Of a stretch of DNA of 33,208 bases, positions 10,125-21,882 are shown piece by piece (position 1 is the first letter of the stretch; each line of letters opens with the position of its first letter). Below the pieces are notes generated by a model. The model worked only from the letters and a program-made list of their open reading frames with translations. It ran no database searches and had not been told where the DNA came from. Made by a program: the position numbers and the translations under genes. This stretch comes from Octopus sinensis (taxonomy: Eukaryota), in assembly GCF_006345805.1 (NCBI RefSeq), contig NW_021832799.1:1-33208 (forward strand), in the 5' to 3' direction.

Positions 10125-10810
10125 TCACCACCACCGCCGCCGCCGCCGCCGCCACCATCCCTCCCCCCACTACTACTACTACAACCACAACCACTCTAAC
10201 CACGCACCTCTACTACCACCAACAACAATTGCACCACTGCCAAAATCAGAACAGCGGCACCAACATTATCGCCGCCATATTGACAGTAACACTAACCACC
10301 ACTACCACCACCACCACCATCATCACTAACACCATCCCCACCACCCCTTCACTAATACCACCACCACTGTCACTACTATTACCACCATCACCGTTAACAC
10401 CAACAGCAACATCAACACCACCACTACCACCATAACCATCACCATAACCACCACCATAAACCACCACCATAAACCACTGACACCACAACCACCATCACCA
10501 CGACAACCACAACCACCACAGTCGTCACCACCGCCATCACCACTACCATCACAATCATCACCATGACCATGACCATCATCACCGTTACCACCACCGCCAC
10601 CACCACTACCACCACCACAAACCACCACTACCACCACCATCACCACCTTGAACAGTATCACATTATAAATGCATCATCATCATTATAACACATCTCAAAA
10701 CTAACATTACTCCCACTTCTACCCTTGCCACAACCATAAACAACAACAACAACAACAACAACAGCAACAACAACGCCGTCACCATTACCACAACCAACAA
10801 CAATAACAAA
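10125..10810. repeat. Cryptic (ACC/CAT/AAC)n trinucleotide block
   Basis: Read directly; yields poly-Thr, poly-Pro and poly-Val ORFs. Confidence 0.9.
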
Positions 10811-10989
10811 AGGAAAATAATCACTTAAAACAATCTCGCGGGATTTCATCGTGAAATTAACAAGAACGATATAAAAGACACCGCCATATTATCATATATA
10901 CTTGAAGACCCTTAAGTCGTAAAGGGACACGCGGAAGGGGCGGAGAAGGCAAGCTAGGGGAAAGGGGACGAGAAATTAATATTGTAGTT

Positions 10990-11126
10990 CGGTGACTGTT
11001 ATGATGAAGATGATGGTGGTGATAATGACGACTACGATGATGATGGTGGTGTTGGTGGTGATGATGATAATGATGATGATGACGATGACGATGATGATGA
11101 TTAGAAGGAAAACGAAGAGCAAGATA

Positions 11127-11170
<44 letters not shown>

Positions 11171-11275
11171 GATGATGATGATGATGATGATGATGGGCGA
11201 TGATGATGATTATGAATGATAATGATCATGATCATCATCATGATAGTGGTGGTGGTGATGACAATTGTGGTGTTG
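10990..11275. repeat. (GAT/GGT/ATT)n trinucleotide block
   Basis: Read directly from the sequence. Confidence 0.9.
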
Positions 11276-12549
11276 TAGTCGAGTCGGTGTTGGCTGGTTG
11301 TGGATGGAGGAAGTGAAATATGACAAACAGAACCGTATTTAGCGAATGGGTGTGTGGGAGAGAGATAGAGGTGGGTGGACAAAGAACGAAGGGTGTCCAT
11401 TTTGATCGTTAGCATATAATGGCTGACGTGATTTTATTAAGCTCATTATCAAGAAGTTTTCGCTTAATCTTACATTTATTGCACCTCCCGTCAAGGCTAG
11501 CGATATGGGCACAGAACACAACACCTCACCGCACCACACACACCACATCACATCGCACTACTGTTCCAACCCACGCTATACTACACTACACCGTAATCGT
11601 AACACCCTAACACAGCTATTCGCTACAGCTATACACACCATATTACGTTGAATATCAATCTAGAATACAGCCTCATCCTATTCCGTCACACAACTTCTAC
11701 GCCTTACTAGAAAACGTTTACACTATACAATGCTAAACTTATTACATTATGCCTATATATATATATATATATATATATTATAAATAAGTGCAAAGTGAAA
11801 ATATTTGGCAAAAGGAAATTTTTTTCTTTTTACCCTTATTTATAATTGTATTTATAATTTTCTCCTTAAAAGATATTATTCATATGCTTGCCACTGATAA
11901 AATTTTATCCTCATATTAGAAGTATATATATGTATATATATGTATATGTATGTATGTTCATACAAATGAATACGTTATACACTTGGAGACGTCACTCCAC
12001 CTACTCCCCACTAAAAAAAAAATTAGATCCAGATTTCGGTTCCAACATAAACTGGTACTCCATTTATATACAGCAGCGACAGATATTACCCGCCAAAAGA
12101 TTTTATGATCACTTGAACGATTAAGCCTTTTCTAAAATATCTGAATTCTTGGTATTTGTTAGAGGAGGAGAAGTAAAGAGAAACTCCTCATTAATGAATC
12201 TGAGTGAACTCATCTCGTAATCAAAGACAATTGGGAACCCAATGCTTCATTAGTCAATTCGTCAAGATGAATTTACTGAAAATGAACGAAGTGCTGCAGA
12301 CTTGATCTTATACACAACTTAAATAAGTCATGTCGCTAATCCCATTTCCAGCAGTCCTACTTAATAGTGAAAATGTTGTAGGTTTTTATTTCTCCAAATC
12401 AGTTTTCGCTGCTTTCTATTTTTTTTCTATTCTTTCTATTCGTTTGTTATTTTATGAACAAAAATCTATCAGTTTCCTCAGTTGAACGCATGTTCAATAT
12501 TTTTTCTATTTTTAAGACTTCAGTGTTGAGAATCTGCGATAATATTAGT

Positions 12550-12747
12550 CTGAAATTTTGTCACAAATACAGCTATTTCCAGGGAGGTCGTAAGTCGATT
12601 ACATCGACCCCAGTGCTCAAGTGGTACTTACTTTTTCTGCCCCGAAAGGTCGACCTACGTGAAATTCGAATTCAGAACATGAAGACGGACAAAATACTGC
12701 TAAACAATTTTCCGGGCGCGATAATTATTCTGCAAGTTCACCGCCTT
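12550..12747 (-). mobile_element. SINE family A, diverged
   Basis: gtcgattacatcgaccccagtg, ggtcgacct..gaaattcgaa.tcagaac and gttcaccgcctt are the reverse complement of the family A body and head. Confidence 0.7.
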
Positions 12748-13000
12748 AAGAATTCGCGTTAATGTTGGGCTCTTTTACTTGGACCGCCCTTTCTTCAATT
12801 CAGTTTTATCTTTTTGATAGCTTTCCCATTACTTTTAAAAGAAACTTTTCTTTATGTCTTCATGTCCTATTTTGAGAATGAATTCTTCAAATGATTCTGA
12901 AAAAAACTAAAACAGTTGGTTTTAACGGATTACTTCAAAAAGCTTTATTACAAATTGCATTGAGGCCTAATTTCTCTACTGACGATAGGTAAGAATTAAT

Positions 13001-13375
13001 ATTCTTTTCTACTCTAGGCAAAGGCCAGAAATTTTGAGGAAGGGTGCTAGTCGATTAGATCGACCTCAGTACGCAACTGGATGAAAGGGAAAGTCGACCT
13101 CGGCGGAATTTGAACTCAGAACGTAAAGACAGACAAGATGCCTATTTCTTTACTACCCACAAGGGGCTAAACACAGAGAGGACAAACAAGGACAGACAAA
13201 CGGATCAAGTCGATTATATCGACTCCAGTGCGTAACTGGTACTTATTTAATCGACCCCGAAAGGATGAAAGGCAAAGTCGACCTCGGCGGAATTTGAACT
13301 CAGAACGTAGCGGCAGAGGAAATATTGCTAAGTATTTCGCCCGGCGTGCTAACGTTTCTGCCAGCTCGCCGCCTT
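13001..13375 (-). mobile_element. tRNA-derived SINE family A, well-preserved composite copy with a repeated body segment
   Basis: Minus-strand head aaggcggcgagctggcagaaacgttagcacgccgggcg and B-box-like gagttcaaattcc. The segment ttctgagttcaaattccgccgaggtcgacttt occurs twice. Confidence 0.9.
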
Positions 13376-13532
13376 AGGAAAGAATCAATAATAAATACAT
13401 AAAGGATAGGTTCATAGTTCTGTTAATAAAAACAAGTTCCACAAATAAATTTAATAAACTTTATAAAATGTGACTTCCTATCCTTTTTTTTTCCTTCATT
13501 TTTCTTTATTTTTATTATCGACTCTCAAGAAT

Positions 13533-13733
13533 AAGGTGAGCTGGCTGAGTCATTAGCACGTTGGGTAAAACGCTCAGCAGTCGTTCTGAGTTCAAATTCC
13601 ACCGATATCGACTTACGAAGTCGATGAAATTAATATCAGTTAAACACTGATATTAGTTAAAACCTATATCGATAAAATTGTCTTTCTCCTCCCCCGAAAT
13701 GTCTGGCTTTGTACCAAAATTTGGAACCGTTGT
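13533..13733 (+). mobile_element. SINE family A, diverged
   Basis: ggtgagctggc..gtcattagcacg head, gttctgagttcaaattcc and the tail ggctttgtaccaaaatttggaacc. Confidence 0.75.
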
Positions 13734-14497
13734 TGACGCTCATGGTTGGCTTGAAATTCTCTCGATAAAAACTCAGGTTCCATCGAGTAATACAAAAGGA
13801 TGTGAAATATTGATCTTTTGAAATTTTGAAATTTTTAATTTGACAAACCTTAACGAATGCCATAGATTACATTTTGAAAAGTAACAACAAAATCTAGAGA
13901 TTGTATATACTCTTACGTGAAATCAAATATTATTCAGCACAGCTCTCTTTGCCCTGATTCAGACCTAAAAACTATCCGCCAATGATGGTAATACAGTTTC
14001 TAGTCTAGGAACCTTGGTCTGAAGTGAGGAAAACTGATCCGTTTTAAATCACTTTTGCCTCCATCGCAGGCAATTTTATGTGATAAATTGACACCAGACG
14101 TATTAGAACTCATAAACCGGAAACGGAGATGTATGAAAATATGGCCAATGAGAGAAGTTAACAATCTCTAGTGACCTTTAATCCTTATTGAGAACATTAA
14201 TATTTGAGTCATAGATACACCTCTAGAATTAATTATATGCATATACACACCCACACAACACAAACACACGCATATATACAACACAATCGTATACGCACAA
14301 CACAAACAGATGCACACGCACACGCAGACACAAGCGTGCGCACACGCGCGCGCGCGAAGACTAAGTGATGCTTGCACGTTATACACATTTATATATACTG
14401 ATACAACTCATTTAAAAATATTTTTCTAATCACATTTTCATACAAACACGTTTATATTCATGAATATATGCATACATACATACATACAGACAGACAG

Positions 14498-14535
<38 letters not shown>

Positions 14536-14600
14536 CACACACACACACATATATATATATATATGTAAATATATATATATATATTTACACATATACATAT

Positions 14601-14817
14601 ACTCTTACTCTTTAACTTGTTTCAGTCATTTGACTGTGGCCATGCTGGAGCACCGCCTTTAGTCGAGCAAATCGACCCCAGGACTTAGTCTTTGTAAACC
14701 TAGTACTTATTCTATCGGGGTCTTTTGCCGTACCGCTAAGTTACGGTGACGTAAAGACACCAGCATCGGTTTTTAAGCGATATTGGGAGGACAAACATTG
14801 ACATACAAACAGATACA

Positions 14818-14884
<67 letters not shown>

Positions 14885-15046
14885 CGACGGGTTTCTTTCA
14901 GTTTCCATCTACCAAATCCACTCACAAAGCTTTAGTCAGCACGAGGCTATAGTAGAAGACATTTGCCCAAGGTGCCACGCAGTGGGACTGAACCCGGAAC
15001 ATGTGGTTGGTAAGCAAGCTACTTACCCCATACCCTCTCCTACGCC
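14601..15046 (-). mobile_element. tRNA-derived SINE family B, full length, with internal (CA)n(TA)n
   Basis: Head, ccttgggcaaatgtcttctactatagcc core, internal microsatellite and family B tail are all present. Confidence 0.9.
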
Positions 15047-15067
15047 TATATATACACATATATACAT

Positions 15068-15113
<46 letters not shown>

Positions 15114-15421
15114 CATGCGCACTCACACGCACAGACACAGACACACACACATACCAACTTTGGAAGAAATACACTAACAAATGTATAAGCAGACGAGTTA
15201 AACACATGCGCGCTCACATAGTCACGCATGCTTATGCGCACACACATATACACACATGCACAAATGCATACACACACATTCATAGTTTACTGTGAGTTAG
15301 TATATGTGTGTATGTATGCATTTATCTTAATTTCGCTATACGCGGGGGTGTATGTACACATATTTTCACGTATGTGTACATAAACATATAAACTCTCTCT
15401 ATTTCTGTCTGTCTCTCACTG

Positions 15422-15472
<51 letters not shown>

Positions 15473-15589
15473 TACACACACACAGAGTCAGTCTTAAAGA
15501 CTGATTTGCACAGAAATGCATACATACACACGAATCTTCATATACAAGCAGTCTTATATAATATTTAAACATATTTATGCATACAGACA

Positions 15590-15665
15590 GGCACACGCAC
15601 ACGTACACGCACACGTACACGCACACGTACACGCACACGTACACGCACACGTACACGCACACGCA
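15590..15665. repeat. 12-bp tandem repeat (ACACGCACACGT)n
   Basis: About five consecutive exact units. Confidence 0.9.
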
Positions 15666-15914
15666 CATATATGCGTAGCTGCATACATACACGCATTGGC
15701 ATACGCACACACACACACACACACATCGACATATAGGTTGAGAGTGAAGTGGCGAGTAGGAGGAGGAGGGGGAGGAGAAAAGGCAATGAGACAAAATGGC
15801 ATTCAATGAAGTATCGTTAAGTGAATGGAGCGTGAAAGAGTGAGTAGGAGGGAAGGGTCGGAGCAGAAGGAGTGGTTGTTATAAAATGAGAGGGTTTGGG
15901 TGTGATGGTATTGG

Positions 15915-17490
15915 TAGTGTTGTTGTTGTAGTAGTAGTTATTATTGGTGGTGGTGGTGGTGGTGGTGGTGGTGGTAGTGGTAGTGGTGTTGGTGGTTGTA
16001 ATGGTGGTGATGGTGCTGCTGGTTTTAGTGATGGTAGCAGTAGTGATAGTAATGGTGGTGGTGGTGGTGGTAGGGGTGATGTTGCTAAAGATAGTGGTGA
16101 TGGTTGTAGTGCTGGTGGTGGTTGTGGTAGTGGTGATGGTGCTCCTGGTTTTAGTGGTGGTGGCAGTAGTGGTAGTGATGGTGGTGGTGGTGGTGGTGGT
16201 GGTGGCAGTGGTGATGGCGCTAGCGATAATCGTGTTGATGGTAGTAGTGGGGATGATGGTGGTAGTGGTGGTGGTGGTGGTGGTTGTAGTAGTAGTTGTG
16301 CTGATGGTGGTGGTGGTGGCGGTAGTGGTAGTGGTAGTGGTAATGGTGCTAACAATAGTGGTGGTGGTGGTGGTGGTGGTGGCGGTGGTTGTGGTGGTAG
16401 TGGTGGAGGTGGTGGTGGTGGTGGTGGTGGTGGTGGTGGTGGATGGTGGTGGTGGTGGTGGTGGTGATGGTGGTGGTGGTGATGGTGGTGGTGGTGGTGG
16501 AGGTAATGGTGGATGTGATAGTTATGATGGTGCTAACAATAGTGGTGGTGGTGGTGGTTGTAGCAATGGTGGCTGTGGACGTGGCGGTAGATGTCGCTAG
16601 TCTCGGTGAAGCTGGTGATAGCATCGAGGCGTTAGTATTGGCCTCTGTGGTGAAGGCAATGTTGGTATGGCTACAGTAGCGGTTGTAGTTGTTTCTTGTG
16701 ATGGTAGTGTTAGTGGTGGTGGTGATGGTGGCGGCGGCGGCGTTGGATGCAGGTGATGAGAGTAACGGTTGCAGTGTTGCTTTTGTTGTTGTAGTATATA
16801 TTCTAAGTTGTTTTTTTGCGGTAGCTGTGATTGTAATCATTTAGTAGCGTATAGGTGCTAGTATTTGCGGTTATAGCTATAGTATCGCTTGTAGTTGTGG
16901 TGGAGGTGTTGTTAGAGCTGTTATTGGTGTCGATGGAGGTGATGATGAGGAAGATGGCATTTGTGGTAGTCCCTGGGGATATTTGTATCGGTTGAGGCGT
17001 CGGTGGTGGTTGTTGCAGTGGTGGTGATGGATGTAAAGGCAGTTGGGATGTTGGTGATGAAAGCAATGATGATGATGATGGGGATGGTTGTCATGATTGC
17101 ATTGGTAGTATTGGCAGCAGTTGCAGTGGTGATACGGGTAAGTTTAGCGTAATCATATGTGTTAAGGCATGGAGATGATAGTGTTGAGGGGGTCTGGTAG
17201 TGGCAGTTGTATATGTGGTAGTGTTGGTGGTAATGGTGGTAGTGAGTGGTCAAGATTCCGATGGTGGTTGTAGTAGTGGGGATTGTGTTGGTAGAAGTGG
17301 TGGGGGCGATGGTTGCTGAGATGACGGCGGTGGGGTGGCAGTGGCGGTGGTGGCGGTGATGGCAGTGGAAATTGTGGTGGTGGCGGTGGTGATTGCGGTG
17401 ATGGTAGTGATGATTGCGGTTGTAGTGGTGATTGCGAAGGTGGTAGTTGTTGTGGTGGTGGTAGTGATTTTGGTGGAGGTGATGGCAGTG
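15915..17490. repeat. About 1.6-kb cryptic (GGT/GTA/GAT)n block
   Basis: Read directly; yields poly-Gly, poly-Val and poly-Pro ORFs. Confidence 0.9.
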
Positions 17491-17926
17491 ACAATACAGA
17501 TAGTACCACATCACATGTGCACCGAAAATTTTTTTAAATTATGTACGCATCAACGCACTCAAAGAAATTTCGTTGTGGTCAGTCAATACGCAAGACATAG
17601 CAGCCAAAATCGCTCTCAAACTGCACCTGTATGAGGATGATCTTTTAGAGACTGTAAAACTATCAGATACACTGTTTATGAAGGCGTGGGCTGGTAAGAA
17701 AAAAAGAAAGAAAGAAAGAAAGAAAGAAGGAAGGAAGGAAGGAAAGAAAGATGGAAAGAAGGAAGAAAGGAAGGAAGGAAGAAAGAATATGATCATGGCT
17801 GAAATATCTTTGACCATAGGGCTGCTCGATCAGGCCGACTCAGGGCTAAACAACAGCAACATCAATGATCACAAACGCGCAGAAATATATATACGCTTCA
17901 TTTCACATATCCAGCAACACATAATT

Positions 17927-17995
<69 letters not shown>

Positions 17996-18598
17996 ATAGA
18001 CACTCACACACACAAACATCGATACACGCATGCACACATACACGCACGCGCAGGCCCACATACATTGTCTAGCTCGATAGCTGACCTTATCTTAATTACG
18101 AAGAACGATCACGTGATTTACCCATAATCCACAGCGTTCATCATTGATAGCTCGCCATTTTTCATTTAATCATTTTATTTGTTAAATTGAGGAAATGCCC
18201 TAGCTTCTATGTGTGTGTGTGTGTTTCTGTGTATTTATATACGAACGTGTATGTTTTTATATAGCAGTGTAAGCCACAAGGTCCTTTTTTTCCATAAAGG
18301 TAGAACCTAGCTGTTTGGTAAATAAAAATCGATAAAATTGTGCTAAACTGTAATAAATACTGGGTCGATGCGATCGATTAAACTACTTTTGAAAAAATTT
18401 CTCTGGCATGGCCGCACTTCGATGACGGGAGTCAATCAAAGAATAAAAAAATATTGTTAAAACATATTGAACGAAAATACATATTAATAATTAAAACCTA
18501 CATTGGATTAGAAGAGAGGGAGAAAAGCTTCTTATATTTGTTTCAGTCATTTGACTGCGACCATACTGGCGGATTAACATATATATATATATATATAT

Positions 18599-18815
18599 GA
18601 GTCCTTCCTACTATAGGCACAAGGCCGGAAATTTGGAGGAGGGGGACAGTCGATTACATCGACCCAAGTACTCGACTGGTGCTTGATTTATCGACCCCGA
18701 AAGGATGAAAGGCAAAGTCACCCTGGGCGGAATTTGAACTCAGAATGTAGCGACAGACGAAATACCACTAAGCATTTCGCTCGGCGTTCTAACGATTCTG
18801 CCAGCTCGCCACCTT
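18599..18815 (-). mobile_element. SINE family A
   Basis: High similarity to 13140-13375 (tcgaccccgaaaggatgaaaggcaaagtc, ggaatttgaactcag, ctgccagctcgcc). Confidence 0.9.
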
Positions 18816-18924
18816 GGATATATATATTTTAATGGTAAAAGGAGAGTCCAGTAAAATCATCAGGGAATTTAACAATATAGTCAACAGAGCTTACTACATT
18901 CTGGTATTTGGAACATAAATTACC

Positions 18925-19310
18925 CTTTTCCTCGTTTCTGTCATTTGACTGCGGCCATGCTGGAGCACCGCCTCTAGTCGAGCAAATCGACCCCAGAACT
19001 TATTCTTTGTAAGCCTAGTACTTATTCTATCAGTCTCTTTGCCAAACCGCTAAGTTACGAGGACGTAGAGTCACCAGCATCGGTAGTCAAGCGATGTTTG
19101 GGGGACAAACACAGACACACAAACACATATATATATACATATACATATATACGACAAGCTTCTTTCAGTTTCCGTCTACCAAATCCACTTACAGGCTTTA
19201 GTCGGCTCGTGGCTATTGTAGAAGACACTTGCCCAAGGTGCCACGCAGTGGTACTGAACCTTGAACCATGTGGTTTGTAAGCAAGCTATTTACCACTCAG
19301 TCACTCCTAT
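18925..19310 (-). mobile_element. SINE family B, full length
   Basis: Colinear with 14601-15046. Confidence 0.9.
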
Positions 19311-19679
19311 CCATTTTGGCATGAACCTGTCTGAAACTGCTCCTAGTTCTATGACACAAACTTCCTATTTAAAAGTGATGCCACTTAAAAACTTCCATCA
19401 GAATTACGTGTTAATTTATGTTCCAAAAACCAGCTGTACAAAGTTATTTTGCTAAATTCTTCATTATTTTAAAGAATGAATTAAACAATGACAGGCTATT
19501 TCAATAGAACTATTGTAACGAAAATAAACAATAAACATGAAGCTTTAGTGAAAGCTTTATTAACGACATTCAATGAATGAGTGGAGACAAGAATCTAAAA
19601 TTCATTTCTTTTAGTAACGATGTCATCTGAAAATTATAGATCATTGGTTTGAGACTTACGTGTTTCTTCTTACCTCTAT

Positions 19680-19883
19680 CTTCTACGTTTTAATGGTTTC
19701 GGCAAACATGGTGGGGCACGCCTTCAAAGGTTTATTCAAACTAATCGACCCCAGTATTTATTTTAAGGCTGGTACATATTCAAAAGTTTTATTTTACCGA
19801 ATAGCTTTGTTATATGGATGTAAAGAAACAAACACCGGATGTCAAGTAGTCAAGTGGGAACAAAAACAGAGACACACACGCTT
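19680..19883 (-). mobile_element. Diverged 3' half of a family B SINE
   Basis: catggtggggcacgccttc, aatcgaccccagta and caccggatgtcaag..acaaaaacagagac align to the family B tail and body. Confidence 0.55.
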
Positions 19884-20008
19884 ATACATACATACATACA
19901 TACATACATACATACATACATACATACATACATACATACATACATAGTACGTACGTATGTATGTATGTATGTATGTATGTATGTATGTATGTATGTATGT
20001 ATGTATGT
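19884..20008. repeat. Inverted tetranucleotide microsatellite, (CATA)n followed by (TATG)n
   Basis: (CATA)n, then gtacgtac, then the reverse-complement repeat. Confidence 0.95.
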
Positions 20009-20354
20009 TTATAATTTTAATAATATAGGGTAGAAGTGCCTCGCCACGTACTGAATTAGAAATATACGCTAGAGACGTCTTTACTACCATAAAAAATCTT
20101 CGAGAAATAACACACTTTTAACGTAGGCAATAGAGAAATAATGAATGAACAAGGCATGGTTAGTTATATATATATAAAAACCAGCTTAGAGAAGAAGAAG
20201 AAACGAAACGAAACCAAACGAATCGAATCGAATCGACGCGAAGGCGCTCAGTCATACAATAATGTAATAAATAAAATATATGCATACATACAAACATATA
20301 TGTACGTACCTACATCTACATGTATATATACATGCATATATAAATATATATACG

Positions 20355-20761
20355 TATGTACAGGACACCACAAATAGACGTAGAACTCAACGAGAAACAA
20401 AAACGTACAAACAGCATGGAACGGACCATTCCTTTAACAACGAAAAAACAGAGTACAAGACAACTACACAAGGAAAAATCCCCTTCATCAGCCGTCCCTA
20501 GTTCAACTCCAGCGTGTTTCGAAGGTGAGGACAGAACACGTCTCGTCGAACTAATCCTTCCTGCGAAAGAATTAAATAAAATTCCTTTGCAGAGGGGTAA
20601 AAACAAGGAAAAAAAATGTGGCAAAAACAGGACGTAAAAACAATACAATTAAAAACAAATACAAAATAAAAATAAAAATACAATTACAAGAAATACAGTA
20701 CAGGAAGGAATAGAAACAGGACAGGAAAACAAATAAAGAGGGCCTATAAGCCTAGACGAGG
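20355..20761 (-). mobile_element. T-rich 3'-UTR-like segment of a probable retroelement, ending at TA/TATG repeats
   Basis: Non-coding and T-rich on the minus strand, ending in simple repeats and joined head-to-head to the LINE fragment. Assignment to that LINE is inference. Confidence 0.4.
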
Positions 20762-20778
20762 AAAAAAAAAATTTTTTT

Positions 20779-21882
20779 TTGTCAGGTCCATATAGGCTGG
20801 AATTTCTGAACGCTCCATTGTGGATATGGTCGAGCAGCGACGGATCTTCCAGGTCGTTCTTAGATAGGGTGTTAATTAGAAAAGCAGATAGAAATATAGC
20901 TAGGTGTCCACAGTTTCATCCGGTCAGCTACAGTGATCATAAAATGGTCACCTGTAAGCTTTACATAGATAAGCTATATAATAGATGTCCCGGCTACTGG
21001 AAACTTTGGCGATTAAGGAGTACAAAGACCAGATTAAGTTATTGATCTAGAGGGCATTAACCGGTTCCATTATTAATAATAGACGGTGGCATGCCCTCAA
21101 GCGAGCCATTAAATTTAAGTCTAGGTTTAGTGGATAGAGAGGCTAGGAGGGAATCAGCTTTAGTTAAGGATTTAGAGGAAAGAATGGAAACTGGCTCTGC
21201 GGCTCAGGTGAAGGCCAAGAGACTGGCGTTAAATCAGCACCTCGATGCCAAACACATGGGTTGGATTGTCAGGGCTAGGCTTCGTGCAGTGGGTTGTGAC
21301 GGAATCAAGGCCGCGGGATGGGCCCAAGTGGTGGAAGCCCAACGTGGTAATGATGCCACAATCCGATCTTTGTCGAACCAACAAGGTAAGTTGATAGATG
21401 AACCCGAGGATATGTGTGAGGCTTTTCAGAAGCACTTCGCCCAGCTTTTCTGTGGGGGCGGCGGAATGGATAGTTGGAGGGACCTAATGGACTTCCTCGC
21501 CGGGATGCCGCGCCTGTCGGGGCGGAACGCGGATTGCTGTGAAAGGCCAATCACGCCTGAGAAGGTAATAGAGGTTACGGCACACTGCGGCGCTTTTAAG
21601 GCGCCAGGACTGGATGGCCTACCCTATGAGTTGTATAATAGTATGCCAGACTTGTTCGGGCACCAACTGGCGAATATCTACACGAACTGCCAGCAGAACG
21701 GATTTATTCCCAGATCTGTGCGCCGGGGAGTAGTGACGCTTGTCAGAAAGGACCCGGACAAGGGTGATTCCGTTGATAATTTTCGGCCCATCACTCTGCT
21801 AAACGTAGAGTTGAAGATTTTAGCCAAAGTGTTATCGAAAAGATTGGCGCGTGTCGCAGATAGTTCTATCGGGGAGGCATAG
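20779..21882 (+). mobile_element. Tx1/L1-clade LINE ORF2 fragment (end of APE endonuclease, linker, start of RT), decayed
   Basis: S.LDRVL...SDHKMV (APE C-terminus), PGYWKL, KAPGLDGLPYELY, GVVTLVRK and NFRPITLLNVELKILAKVL. There is an in-frame stop and a deletion between the two ORFs. Confidence 0.85.

Noticed and set aside
17790-17860. Short dispersed repeat also weakly similar to 27520-27590
   Set aside because: It is too short and diverged to classify or bound.
19315-19520. Non-autonomous DNA transposon (MITE)
   Set aside because: It resembles a repeat I recall, but the terminal inverted repeats and TSD are too degraded to support from this window.
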